DNA of 64,000 bases from a virus, in the IMG/VR virus record IMGVR_UViG_3300028800_000062, positions 82,743-146,742 of that record; one strand, 5' to 3'. Position 1 is the first letter of the stretch; the number at the start of each line of letters is the position of its first letter. The position numbers and the translations under genes are program-made. This document shows positions 55,678 to 64,000 of the stretch, one piece after another. Under the pieces are notes generated by a model that worked only from the letters and a program-made list of their open reading frames with translations, had not been told where the DNA came from and did no database searches.

Positions 55678-57843
55678 TTACTCCCGCTCGTAGCTGACCT
55701 CGCCGAGATTGGCGGTTTGGTGGGATTCCTTCAGACCGTTCAAGCCTACGTTACGAACTTTCAACGCACGCTCTTTCCAGTCATCCGGACAGTACTTCAT
55801 GTTATTCACGAAGAGCAGGGACAGGTCAATCTGGAAGTCCACTTCACCGGTGTTGGGCTGCACGGCATCCATAGCCGCGTCCCAGTCAGGCTGGGTGATC
55901 ACCGGCTTCTCGTTGATCTCCAGCAGTTGGCTGTTGATCGCCTGCTGATCGGTCCAACTCAGGTTCTCCCATCTCTCGGCCAGAGTACTGCCGACTTTCT
56001 GCTCGGCGTACTTCTTAGCCAGGACGGTGTTGACCAGATCCTCTTCGTTCCGGTCGACATAATTGCCGACGGACTCCTTCAGGACCGATTCGATCTCCGC
56101 TCCAGTCCAGATGCGCGTATCGTTCAGCAGCCGGCCCAGACCTGCTGCATCGGAATGCACGGTCTCCGCCAGCTTCTTCACGAAGGTAACCTGCTTGCGG
56201 ATGCACAACGCCTTCAGAATGGCCAGGCGGCCTTTGGCGTCGCCCTTTGCCGGCGGCAATGCCGGAATCATAGCGTCGAAGCGGCCGTTGCGGATCAGCG
56301 CGGCGTCCAGCAGATCCGGACGATTCGTGGCGGAAATCACCACGACTTTGCCAATCCTGCCCTGATCGCTTAGGAAAGTCATCAGGGACTGAATGACTCT
56401 CTGCGTAGTCCCGGAATCGCCGCTGGCGCCGCGGCCGCCGGCGGTCACGAAGTCCAGCTCGTCGAGGAACAACACGCAAGGAGCGGCACTCTCCACCGCG
56501 GAGAAGAACAGGCGCGTATTGCGCTCCGTGTCTCCCACCAGGCCACCGAAGAGTTTGCCCAGGTTGCCAGACAGGAAGTTCATCTTGAGTACTTTGGCGA
56601 GCGCCAGCGCGATCTGAGATTTCCCCGTTCCGGGAGGTCCGGTCAGGATAAACCCGGCCGCGCAGGTCCGCTTGTCGTTCCGGCGCAGCGGGCTGACGAT
56701 CCGGCGATAGAACGCTTCCTTGATATTCTGATGTCCGCCGATCACCTCGAAGCCGAACTCCGGCTCGACGAAATCGACCAGGCCACCGAAGGTCTGCTCA
56801 ATGGCCTTCCGCTTCCGGCCGGCAATCATCGGGATATCGATCGAAGTATCGTCCTGCCAGCTGGCGCGCACGATCTGCTCCATCTGCCTCAGATTCAACC
56901 CGGCCGACTGATTGACCATCACCCTAGCATCCACGCCAGAGGCAAAGTTGACCGAATTACGCTTCTTGCCGCCGACGATTTCCTGCTTCTCCGCCGGCAA
57001 CTTCGACAGGCTGGTCATGAAGTTGTTCATCCACACTTCACGAGCTTTCACATCCGGCCGGCGAATACGCACCGCCAGAATACCGGAGTCTCCGCCGCGA
57101 ATAGTTTCATGCACATCGTCCAGGTTGGGCGTCAGGATCATGATGCGGCAGCGCGTTCCAATGGCCATATCCTGCGCCCAGTTATAAACGTAAGCGACCG
57201 GATCCCGATCCGCGGACAGTTGCGCAATGGGCGCCGAAGGAAACAGGAAGTTGCCGTTGAAGAAGCACATGGTGAACCAGCCCGGCTTGTTCATCTGCTT
57301 AGCTTCCTTGTAAGCGTTGAAAGCGAAGTTCAAGGTGACCATCACTTCCATGATGTTGGGTCCTGGATTCAACAAGGTATCCAACTTCTTTTCGCTCATG
57401 CCGATCTGGCCGGCGTACCAGGTGAGAACATCCACCCACTGCTGCCGGCTCTCATCGTCCACGAACTTCAGGCCTTCGTTGATCGTGTAGTAGGCGAACA
57501 CCCGCCCCGGCGGTACACTGAGTTTCTTGCCCTGCATCTTGGGTTGATGCGCCAGCCAGTTCGTATCGAACACGGTGGCAAGCAGCATCTTCATGTCGCC
57601 GCGGTTGCCGGTCGTATCCGGGTAGTCGGTGATGTTGTCGTGCACCACGAAGATATGCGCCGAAGCTGCCAGGTATGCCGCATGGCATTCTTCCACCCAG
57701 TACGGAATCTTGTGCACGCTCGTCACGGCGTCTACCGGTGCCAAGGAGGTCACTGCCTGCTTCGCTGCCGTATTCTTGGCCTTTTCATTGGCCGCATCCA
57801 ACGCCAGTTCCAAATCAGCGAAAGTCGTATCTGCTGCGCTCAT
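55678..57843 (-). CDS. AAA+ ATPase (Ycf46-like; degenerate N-terminal plus active AAA domain)
   Basis: GPPGTGKS, GLVGDTERN, FLDELD, ATNRPDLLDAALIRNGRFD. Confidence 0.9.
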   Translation of the reverse strand: MSAADTTFADLELALDAANEKAKNTAAKQAVTSLAPVDAVTSVHKIPYWVEECHAAYLAASAHIFVVHDNITDYPDTTGNRGDMKMLLATVFDTNWLAHQPKMQGKKLSVPPGRVFAYYTINEGLKFVDDESRQQWVDVLTWYAGQIGMSEKKLDTLLNPGPNIMEVMVTLNFAFNAYKEAKQMNKPGWFTMCFFNGNFLFPSAPIAQLSADRDPVAYVYNWAQDMAIGTRCRIMILTPNLDDVHETIRGGDSGILAVRIRRPDVKAREVWMNNFMTSLSKLPAEKQEIVGGKKRNSVNFASGVDARVMVNQSAGLNLRQMEQIVRASWQDDTSIDIPMIAGRKRKAIEQTFGGLVDFVEPEFGFEVIGGHQNIKEAFYRRIVSPLRRNDKRTCAAGFILTGPPGTGKSQIALALAKVLKMNFLSGNLGKLFGGLVGDTERNTRLFFSAVESAAPCVLFLDELDFVTAGGRGASGDSGTTQRVIQSLMTFLSDQGRIGKVVVISATNRPDLLDAALIRNGRFDAMIPALPPAKGDAKGRLAILKALCIRKQVTFVKKLAETVHSDAAGLGRLLNDTRIWTGAEIESVLKESVGNYVDRNEEDLVNTVLAKKYAEQKVGSTLAERWENLSWTDQQAINSQLLEINEKPVITQPDWDAAMDAVQPNTGEVDFQIDLSLLFVNNMKYCPDDWKERALKVRNVGLNGLKESHQTANLGEVSYERE

Positions 57844-58130
57844 TACTGTTCCTTTTTACCCTCGGTACTGAGAGGCCCTAGGACCTCCACGTTGATACCA
57901 TACAAGTCAGCCGGACCGTTGGTCACCGGCATGGTCGCCAGGATCTGTTCATCGCTCAAATAACTGATCATGTATTTGGTGACGGCTTCCTTCTTCTGCT
58001 CGGGATCGGCCAGGTCATAACGCTCGGCAAACCTCTGCCATTCCGGGTCCTGTTCCAACCGCTCCCAATCCATCTCCAGGGAGCCGCTAATAGAAAACCG
58101 AACCTTAATCAAGTCGCTCAAATCGCGCAT
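57843..58130 (-). CDS. Hypothetical protein
   Basis: Coupled ORF. Confidence 0.6.
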   Translation of the reverse strand: MRDLSDLIKVRFSISGSLEMDWERLEQDPEWQRFAERYDLADPEQKKEAVTKYMISYLSDEQILATMPVTNGPADLYGINVEVLGPLSTEGKKEQ

Positions 58131-58424
58131 TTACTTAGTCTCCCGAATGTGGTCGCGTAACTGGTCCACACTATACAGCTTGTTAACCCACAAAACACCC
58201 TGGACAAAGGCCAGCCAGCGATCAAGCTTGCCCGAATCCGACTTGCCTGATATCAGCCAGCGCTTAATCTGCAATAGCATGAACCATGCATGGTTCAAGT
58301 TCTGGCGCGCATCTCCCGCGCACCCTTCCTTGGACCCCGAATAAATACTATCAGGTAACAGATCTTCCCGGTCGCGCAGACAGTTGAGATACATCTCAAT
58401 CAGTTCGAGGCGTGTCATACTCAA
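58131..58424 (-). CDS. Phage hypothetical protein
   Basis: KLDRWLAFVQGVL motif. Confidence 0.65.
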   Translation of the reverse strand: MSMTRLELIEMYLNCLRDREDLLPDSIYSGSKEGCAGDARQNLNHAWFMLLQIKRWLISGKSDSGKLDRWLAFVQGVLWVNKLYSVDQLRDHIRETK

Positions 58425-59023
58425 ATGCCCTCGGGAGGAAATCCGGTGACCTGCACCAGGCCGTCCCCGTCGATCTGCATCTCGAACTCCTGCGACGCGA
58501 AGTCGGCATAGGTGTACCGATTACTGAACAGGACCAGCTCCTGGTTACGGGACGAGCACAACGGACGCGAGTCATCCGCCTGATGCTGGTTGTAGCGACC
58601 CATAACAGCGAAATCCAGATCCCGTTTGATCATCTGCCACCACTTCTGTCTCAATGTGTCCGAAGACGGCAGGCCCGCCGTGAAATAATCTCCAAGTTCG
58701 AGCTCCCGTAAGGTATAACCGGTATACATCCCAACCGAGAAACCGTCGAACTTGGTACGGCGCCACAGATGAAACAACAGACCGCCCAAATCGAAAGCCT
58801 GGTGCATTGGTTCGCCGCCGGAGAGTGTTACACCTTGGGTACCGGCAATATCCACCAGTTGGTTGGCAAGGTCCGCGTCATAAACCTGCAGGCCTCCCGT
58901 AAAACTATGGGTATCCTGGTTCCAGCAGCCTGGACAGGCCAACTGGCATCCTTTCACCCAGACCACCGAACGGTCGCCGGGCCCATTCACCTTGCTATGC
59001 TCAATGACTGCGTGCAGGTTCAT
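58421..59023 (-). CDS. NrdG-like radical SAM protein
   Basis: VNGPGDR...GCQLACPGCWN, LSGGEP, YTGY, SSRNQ. Confidence 0.9.
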   Translation of the reverse strand: MNLHAVIEHSKVNGPGDRSVVWVKGCQLACPGCWNQDTHSFTGGLQVYDADLANQLVDIAGTQGVTLSGGEPMHQAFDLGGLLFHLWRRTKFDGFSVGMYTGYTLRELELGDYFTAGLPSSDTLRQKWWQMIKRDLDFAVMGRYNQHQADDSRPLCSSRNQELVLFSNRYTYADFASQEFEMQIDGDGLVQVTGFPPEGI

Positions 59024-59220
59024 TTCTTTACCACTTTCAGATCGTAGAATGTGATCAGGCGACAACTCTGACAATAGAGGCCGTATTGCCCGCGGCCTTT
59101 CGGATAGTGGGCATCGATCGCCCGATTAGGATCCAGCGGAACATGACACTCAAAACAACCAGCCAGCGCCGCCTCAACGTGCGACGCATACTGTGGAAAC
59201 TTCCGCGGATCAGGTACCAT
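59020..59220 (-). CDS. Small Zn-finger protein
   Basis: CFEC...CQSC; ATGA overlap with the rSAM gene. Confidence 0.55.
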   Translation of the reverse strand: MVPDPRKFPQYASHVEAALAGCFECHVPLDPNRAIDAHYPKGRGQYGLYCQSCRLITFYDLKVVKK

Positions 59221-59483
59221 CACACGCCCCATAACTTCCTGGTTACCCAAGTGGCTGCCAGAGAACCAGAGGCGCCGCCCAGGACATAACCGGCCATCGC
59301 TGCCGGCGAGTCGGCCTGCGCCACCTGCTTGATCAGGATGAACCCCAGCGCAGCACAAGCCAGGTCCGATACAATCAGATGCCGGTACCTGGCCTGCGCC
59401 ACGGCGCGGTAGTTCCATGCGACTACCGCGTAGTTCAACGCCTGGGCGAAGAAGAACAACAGGAAGATGACAACCGACCGCAC
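59220..59483 (-). CDS. Small multi-TM membrane protein
   Basis: Three hydrophobic segments. Confidence 0.65.
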   Translation of the reverse strand: MRSVVIFLLFFFAQALNYAVVAWNYRAVAQARYRHLIVSDLACAALGFILIKQVAQADSPAAMAGYVLGGASGSLAATWVTRKLWGV

Positions 59484-59911
59484 TACGCCTTAGCCTGTGC
59501 GCGCGCAAAGCGCACAATAGTCTTCGGCCTTCCCAGGTTGTCTTTGGTTACTTCCTGAGACGTCACGGTGAAGCCGCGCTTCTCGGCCGCGCCGATTCCG
59601 CGACGCACCGAGTACGCCTGTTTGACCTTGTTCAACCACTGCTCATTGTGGTGCCCGCGGTCATACTCACTGATGATCGCCTGGAACGTCCCATTGGCCT
59701 GCTTTTTGAAGCCAATGTCGTTGGCTGCCCCGTTGATCTGATTGCGAGGCACCACGATTTCCGCCGTCTCCGGACGTTTCTTGCCGACATAGTCGTACAA
59801 CGGCTGCGCTTTGTCGTGCACGATCGCCTTATAGCCGCTAACGTCCTGCAGCGCCTGCACCGTGCAGGCCTGGTCCTCGAACTGCGTCGCATACTGATGA
59901 TAAGCACTCAT
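59483..59911 (-). CDS. DUF1257 (Ycf35-like) protein
   Basis: LYDYVG...AEIVV...NDIGFKKQANGTFQAIISEYD...KQAY. Confidence 0.85.
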   Translation of the reverse strand: MSAYHQYATQFEDQACTVQALQDVSGYKAIVHDKAQPLYDYVGKKRPETAEIVVPRNQINGAANDIGFKKQANGTFQAIISEYDRGHHNEQWLNKVKQAYSVRRGIGAAEKRGFTVTSQEVTKDNLGRPKTIVRFARAQAKA

Positions 59912-60292
59912 CTAATTCACCTTTCCTTTCTTCTCGTCCACTACGGTCAAACCGCGGTAGGTAGCCACTTCCATCTGCAGATCGACGATGATCTTGTGCA
60001 GCTCGTATAAGCTCCGGGGAGACAGCAGAAAGCGCGTATGGCAGTCTCTGCAATTGATCGCCACAATGGTCTTTTCGAGACTCTGCAGCTGCTCTCCCAG
60101 GGAGATGCCCCCGGAGAATTCCTCCAGGAAGGCGCGCCGAAACACACCTTCCCACAGAAGGTCGACTCCTCCGCATCCGGGGCACTTGCCGGCGTCCTGA
60201 ACCATGTCGGGATGCAGCGAAACCTCCCGCAGGACTTCGCCTTCGATCTCCATGCGGCCCAGTTCTACGGGCTTATCGATTGGATCTGACAT
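59912..60292 (-). CDS. Zn-ribbon plus coiled-coil protein
   Basis: CPGC...CRDC. Confidence 0.6.
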   Translation of the reverse strand: MSDPIDKPVELGRMEIEGEVLREVSLHPDMVQDAGKCPGCGGVDLLWEGVFRRAFLEEFSGGISLGEQLQSLEKTIVAINCRDCHTRFLLSPRSLYELHKIIVDLQMEVATYRGLTVVDEKKGKVN

Positions 60293-60473
60293 TCTCCCTG
60301 ACCACAGCGTTATTACGCTGATAATATTCCGGCTTGAACCCTGTGTCGGCCGGCTTTCCCAGCTCCTCGTCGAATTCCTGCAGAACCTTCTGGCAACTGG
60401 GACCGGAACCGTTTTCTACGTCTACCGTAATCTTGCCCTCGAAATCGATCTCGATCATAATCTCGTCTTGCAT
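60273..60473 (-). CDS. DUF2997 protein
   Basis: IEIDFEGKITVDVENGSGPSC...LG...KPEYY. Confidence 0.85.
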   Translation of the reverse strand: MQDEIMIEIDFEGKITVDVENGSGPSCQKVLQEFDEELGKPADTGFKPEYYQRNNAVVRENVRSNR

Positions 60474-60490
60474 TTGATCTCCCTTCCAAA

Positions 60491-61108
60491 CTACAAATTA
60501 GCTATTCCCGCCAAATAACCGAACGTGCTCCCACTCCAGTACTGATTATGAAGCTGGATCACCCTGGGGCCTCCCGGAATCACATCCGGAGACTCATAGG
60601 TATACTGGTGCGCGAGACAGTACTCCAGTATCTTGTGTGCGCCCTCATCTTTCCACTTAGGCCGGATCACGTTGTCCCATTCATACTCCGTAACGAAACC
60701 CTGGGACCGTGCCCAACGAATCAAGCGGCGCACATACTGAACCGAATCGTCCTTCGGCGACAGGATCGCCGATTGGGAGTCACACCGCTCCTCTGCATTA
60801 TGCTCGCCGATCGACCAGTGATACTGTTCAAACAGAACCTGGGCCCCGTTGAGTGTATAACTGGCGTACATCGGCGATACATGATGCAGGTCACGCACCC
60901 CTTCGCACGCCGCCACGGTGTCGCATTCTATCCAACGCTGTGATAACTCCTCCTCCACCGGCCGGTCGGTTTCAAAAAAGGCATGCATCACGATGCCACA
61001 CCGTGCACAGACATGACCGGAGATCAACTTGCGATCTACCGGCTTGCCTCCGACTCCACGCCACGCTCGCGGCGTGAAGAAGATCCGGCCTTTCTTCAGT
61101 CGAATCAT
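60491..61108 (-). CDS. Hypothetical protein
   Basis: Coupled ORF. Confidence 0.6.
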   Translation of the reverse strand: MIRLKKGRIFFTPRAWRGVGGKPVDRKLISGHVCARCGIVMHAFFETDRPVEEELSQRWIECDTVAACEGVRDLHHVSPMYASYTLNGAQVLFEQYHWSIGEHNAEERCDSQSAILSPKDDSVQYVRRLIRWARSQGFVTEYEWDNVIRPKWKDEGAHKILEYCLAHQYTYESPDVIPGGPRVIQLHNQYWSGSTFGYLAGIANL

Positions 61109-63963
61109 GCGACTCTCTCCTCCCCTGCCTGGAACATATCGAGTTCCGGCAAAGTCAACAACTCCTGCATGCCGAGCTGTTGCAGATACTGCGTCAATTT
61201 ATCCTGGCTGGCCATCACCTGTTGAATAAACGACACGGCGTCGAAGGTCATGGCTCTCTTGCTGACGATCTTGCGATCGAGCGCCAACTCCTGTGCGTGC
61301 ATCTTGGCGTAGAAAGTGTTATAGATCACCAGATCCAAGCTATTAGTCAGCAAGGTCATGTAGATCTCACACGTCCGATCCAGGCTACTGGGCTTCAGGA
61401 TACGGCTCCAGGCCTGTAACATCGTCGATGGATTCCACAGCAGATCCACGAGAATACAGGTGTTACAAAGGGAACCGCCGGCCAGGTCTGTACCTAGCCC
61501 GATCGAGCGCGGCCCAGCGATGAACAACTTATAACTGGGGTCATACTCGAAGCGGTCAAACGCCTCATAGCGTTTGTCTTTGTTCCACGCGGGATCAAAC
61601 AGGATCGGATTAAACTCCGACAGGTCCTGACTGATAAGCTTCCGCATCTGCGGATAATCGGACAACACCAGGACCTTCTCGTCGTTCACGCATTTAGTGA
61701 GACAGAGATTGTGAATCGACTCCATCTTGCCGCCGCCGCGCTTGCCGTTATAAATGGGCGGCTTGCCCATCTTCGCGGCCAGCTCGTTGACGTAATCCGG
61801 AACCGTTGCAATCTTCTTCATGCGCGACATCTGGCTGATGATGAAGCTGGTATTGATCTCCTGGATAGCCTCCTTGTCGACGCTCTTCGCCTCCAGCTGT
61901 TTCTGGTACTCCTGCCACTTGAGCTGGAACTCTTCCAGGCTCTTTACCAGCAGAACCGCCTGCACTGGATCCGGATCGCACAGGACCGGCTGCGGAGTCG
62001 CCTGCGGCACCTTCATACCGGCCGCCTCCATCGACTGTTTCACCATTTCGTCGTCATAACTGCGCCGGATCATCACCGGAGCCATTAATTCATGAAACTT
62101 ACGAGGATTCTTCAATCCGGGAAGGCGTTTGCGATACGAGTTGTCTCCAGACTTGGTAACGGTATAAGTACGCACGAAGTCTTCCGCAAAAGCCTGCGGG
62201 CCCTTGTAGGGAACCTGCTTGTTATTGCGGCCGAACATTCGCACCATGGGCCAATAAGCCTCGGCCGGAGAATTCGGCATCAACGTGCCGGTCAGACCGC
62301 TGCAGGCTCGGATATTGTGCAGAGAGAGGGCCGCGGCGGCCGTGGCCGTGCTGCCATCCTTCATTACATGAATCTCGTCGAAGATGGCTCCCCGCCAGCG
62401 ATTCCGCACCCGCCGGGATAAGGGAGGCGTCCAGGTGACCATCGGGATCTTCACCTGCATGGTGGTCTTACCAACATCAAGCTGGCGAACCAGCACCCTC
62501 GGGCCATGAAGCTGAAATGGTACATGGGAGGGTATTTTCGCCACCGACTTCCGCAACCAGTCTACATAGCCACCTTTATGCTTGATGGTTTCCTCTGAAG
62601 ACCAGGCGGCGCCTTTCTCCGGTGCCGATTCTTCCCAGGTACATTCCCGATTCCGGCACAAGTAGCCGCCGCTGGCAATCCAAAGCGGCAGGCCTTCCGC
62701 GTCTTGCACCAGTTGCTCCAAGTTCTGTCCACAGTGTGGGCATACCTTGACAGAGTCCCCGTACACCTCCGATTTCTCTTTCTTCTGCTTCTTAAGCGTG
62801 TTATAGGAGATGAGCTCCATCCAGGGTTGCGGGCCTTCTAAATCCTTATAGTCCCCAATCACGCGATAGTCGGAGATTCCCAGGATGTCCAACTCCCGAG
62901 TAATGAACGGCAGCACGTTCTTAGGGCACACGAAAACATTCCGTTTCGTGCCGCGTAAGTACAGGAAGGCCAAAGCTTCCCGGCTCTTGCCCATGCGCAT
63001 TGGCTTGCCGTTGAAGTAGGCACGCTTGACCGCAGCTTGGGCCGCATCGAACTTAGTGTGCTCGTACAGTTGCCACCCAGTAGCATCCAGTTTCGCCCGA
63101 TTCGCCGCAACTAAGCCGGCATATACCTCGGGGACGCACGTCGCCGGATTGTATAAAGCCTCGGTACTCTCGTCGACATTGAAATAGTCCTCGAACTTGC
63201 CGTTGACCAGGCTACTGGTAATCACACGGGCACTCAAGGACGACTTTCCGTGCAACTGATGAATCGTTAAGGTGTCTTCCGTTCCTTCCGACTCGGATCC
63301 CAGCTTCTTATCCCCAATGACATACGTATAGCCGGAATGCGCTGGAGGATTAAACGTGGCACTGTCCGTCACAGTCTGGATGCATCTCAACACGACGCCT
63401 TCATCGACTCGCTCGAACAAAGGACGATCGTCGACTACTTCCGGCAGCAGCATGGGCGTCTTCTGTCTCTGCGCCCGGCGATACGCCTTAGGCACCCAAC
63501 CAGCCAGGCTGGGAGTAGCAATCACTTCGAACCCTTCGTATTGCAGGTGATCCCATAGCACAGAGTCTTCGATCGACTGCGCGAAGACTTCCTCAATAGG
63601 AAACAGCATATGCGTGGGATCATGCAACTTGTTACCCACATTGTCCAGCTTCAATAAGTGAGGAACCGGAAATGCAGTCATCGTGGCGGAAGGCCCGAAC
63701 TGCATATACAGGATCATGTTATGGAAGGCCTGCGCATCGGCCGGACTGGCCAACACACCTTTCGATCCCAACTTGGACAGGATCAGCGTATTGGGTTTCG
63801 AGACCAGTGACTGCACATACTGCAGTTCCCGGTAATTCGGGAGCACAGGCGACACTTCAACGGCGGGCGGAGTTACCAGAACCGGAGACTCTTCTTCCAA
63901 CTCCAGAGGGATAACGAACTCCCCTGCGGTAAATAACGAATAGCTTTCAAACATGGCACTCAA
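61105..63963 (-). CDS. SNF2-family helicase with Zn-ribbon insertion
   Basis: MRMGKS, FDEIH, LTGTLMPN, GLGTDL, WNP...QAWSRI; CPHC...CRNREC insert. Confidence 0.85.
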   Translation of the reverse strand: MSAMFESYSLFTAGEFVIPLELEEESPVLVTPPAVEVSPVLPNYRELQYVQSLVSKPNTLILSKLGSKGVLASPADAQAFHNMILYMQFGPSATMTAFPVPHLLKLDNVGNKLHDPTHMLFPIEEVFAQSIEDSVLWDHLQYEGFEVIATPSLAGWVPKAYRRAQRQKTPMLLPEVVDDRPLFERVDEGVVLRCIQTVTDSATFNPPAHSGYTYVIGDKKLGSESEGTEDTLTIHQLHGKSSLSARVITSSLVNGKFEDYFNVDESTEALYNPATCVPEVYAGLVAANRAKLDATGWQLYEHTKFDAAQAAVKRAYFNGKPMRMGKSREALAFLYLRGTKRNVFVCPKNVLPFITRELDILGISDYRVIGDYKDLEGPQPWMELISYNTLKKQKKEKSEVYGDSVKVCPHCGQNLEQLVQDAEGLPLWIASGGYLCRNRECTWEESAPEKGAAWSSEETIKHKGGYVDWLRKSVAKIPSHVPFQLHGPRVLVRQLDVGKTTMQVKIPMVTWTPPLSRRVRNRWRGAIFDEIHVMKDGSTATAAAALSLHNIRACSGLTGTLMPNSPAEAYWPMVRMFGRNNKQVPYKGPQAFAEDFVRTYTVTKSGDNSYRKRLPGLKNPRKFHELMAPVMIRRSYDDEMVKQSMEAAGMKVPQATPQPVLCDPDPVQAVLLVKSLEEFQLKWQEYQKQLEAKSVDKEAIQEINTSFIISQMSRMKKIATVPDYVNELAAKMGKPPIYNGKRGGGKMESIHNLCLTKCVNDEKVLVLSDYPQMRKLISQDLSEFNPILFDPAWNKDKRYEAFDRFEYDPSYKLFIAGPRSIGLGTDLAGGSLCNTCILVDLLWNPSTMLQAWSRILKPSSLDRTCEIYMTLLTNSLDLVIYNTFYAKMHAQELALDRKIVSKRAMTFDAVSFIQQVMASQDKLTQYLQQLGMQELLTLPELDMFQAGEERVA

Positions 63964-64000
63964 TCGATGTTGACGTTGGGCAGGAACTTGATATTGAAGG

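Larger units (their letters stand above)
1..64000. mobile_element. Large tailed phage / phage-plasmid genome segment
   Basis: Baseplate J, tail fibres, lysin/holin, DnaG, RecA, resolvases and dense small ORFs with overlapping starts/stops, plus a Rep-iteron-ParA module; no host housekeeping operon. Confidence 0.9.

Noticed and set aside
56731-57963. 410-aa + strand ORF and similar long antisense ORFs (e.g. 2569-3564)
   Set aside because: Shadow frames of well-supported genes in GC-rich DNA

Overview
Part of a large tailed-phage genome, probably myovirus-like, that also carries a plasmid-type replicon (a probable phage-plasmid). The host is inferred to be a diderm bacterium; an Acidobacteriota host is only a guess from protein style. 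Layout: (1) 1-8.4 kb, + strand: large Cys-rich proteins with signal peptides, including a tail-fibre-like protein and a clan-A glycoside-hydrolase-like protein. (2) 8.4-32.4 kb, - strand: a late operon running RuvC-like resolvase, sigma-70-like factor with insertions, lytic transglycosylase, holin-like protein, S74-chaperone tail fibre, baseplate J, outer-membrane beta-barrel and baseplate/wedge-like proteins. (3) 32.4-38.4 kb: maintenance island with a Rep protein containing internal iterons, ParA plus an RHH adaptor flanked by 12-bp-period arrays, a probable type I toxin, an HNH gene, a macrodomain and several candidate sRNAs. (4) 38.4-64 kb, - strand: early/replication genes, including DnaG, RecA with a class 3 intein and an in-frame amber codon, Cas4-like nucleases, a PAPS-reductase-family protein, a DUF2997/DUF1257/radical SAM/AAA module and a SNF2 helicase. 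Best leads: tail-fibre-type proteins carrying Sec signal peptides, a recurring 17-bp operator in promoter spacers, a divergent antisense-RNA switch upstream of the late genes, and the uncharacterised AAA/DUF1257/DUF2997/rSAM module. No CRISPR array, tRNA or rRNA was seen. All family calls come from motifs recognised by eye, not database searches.
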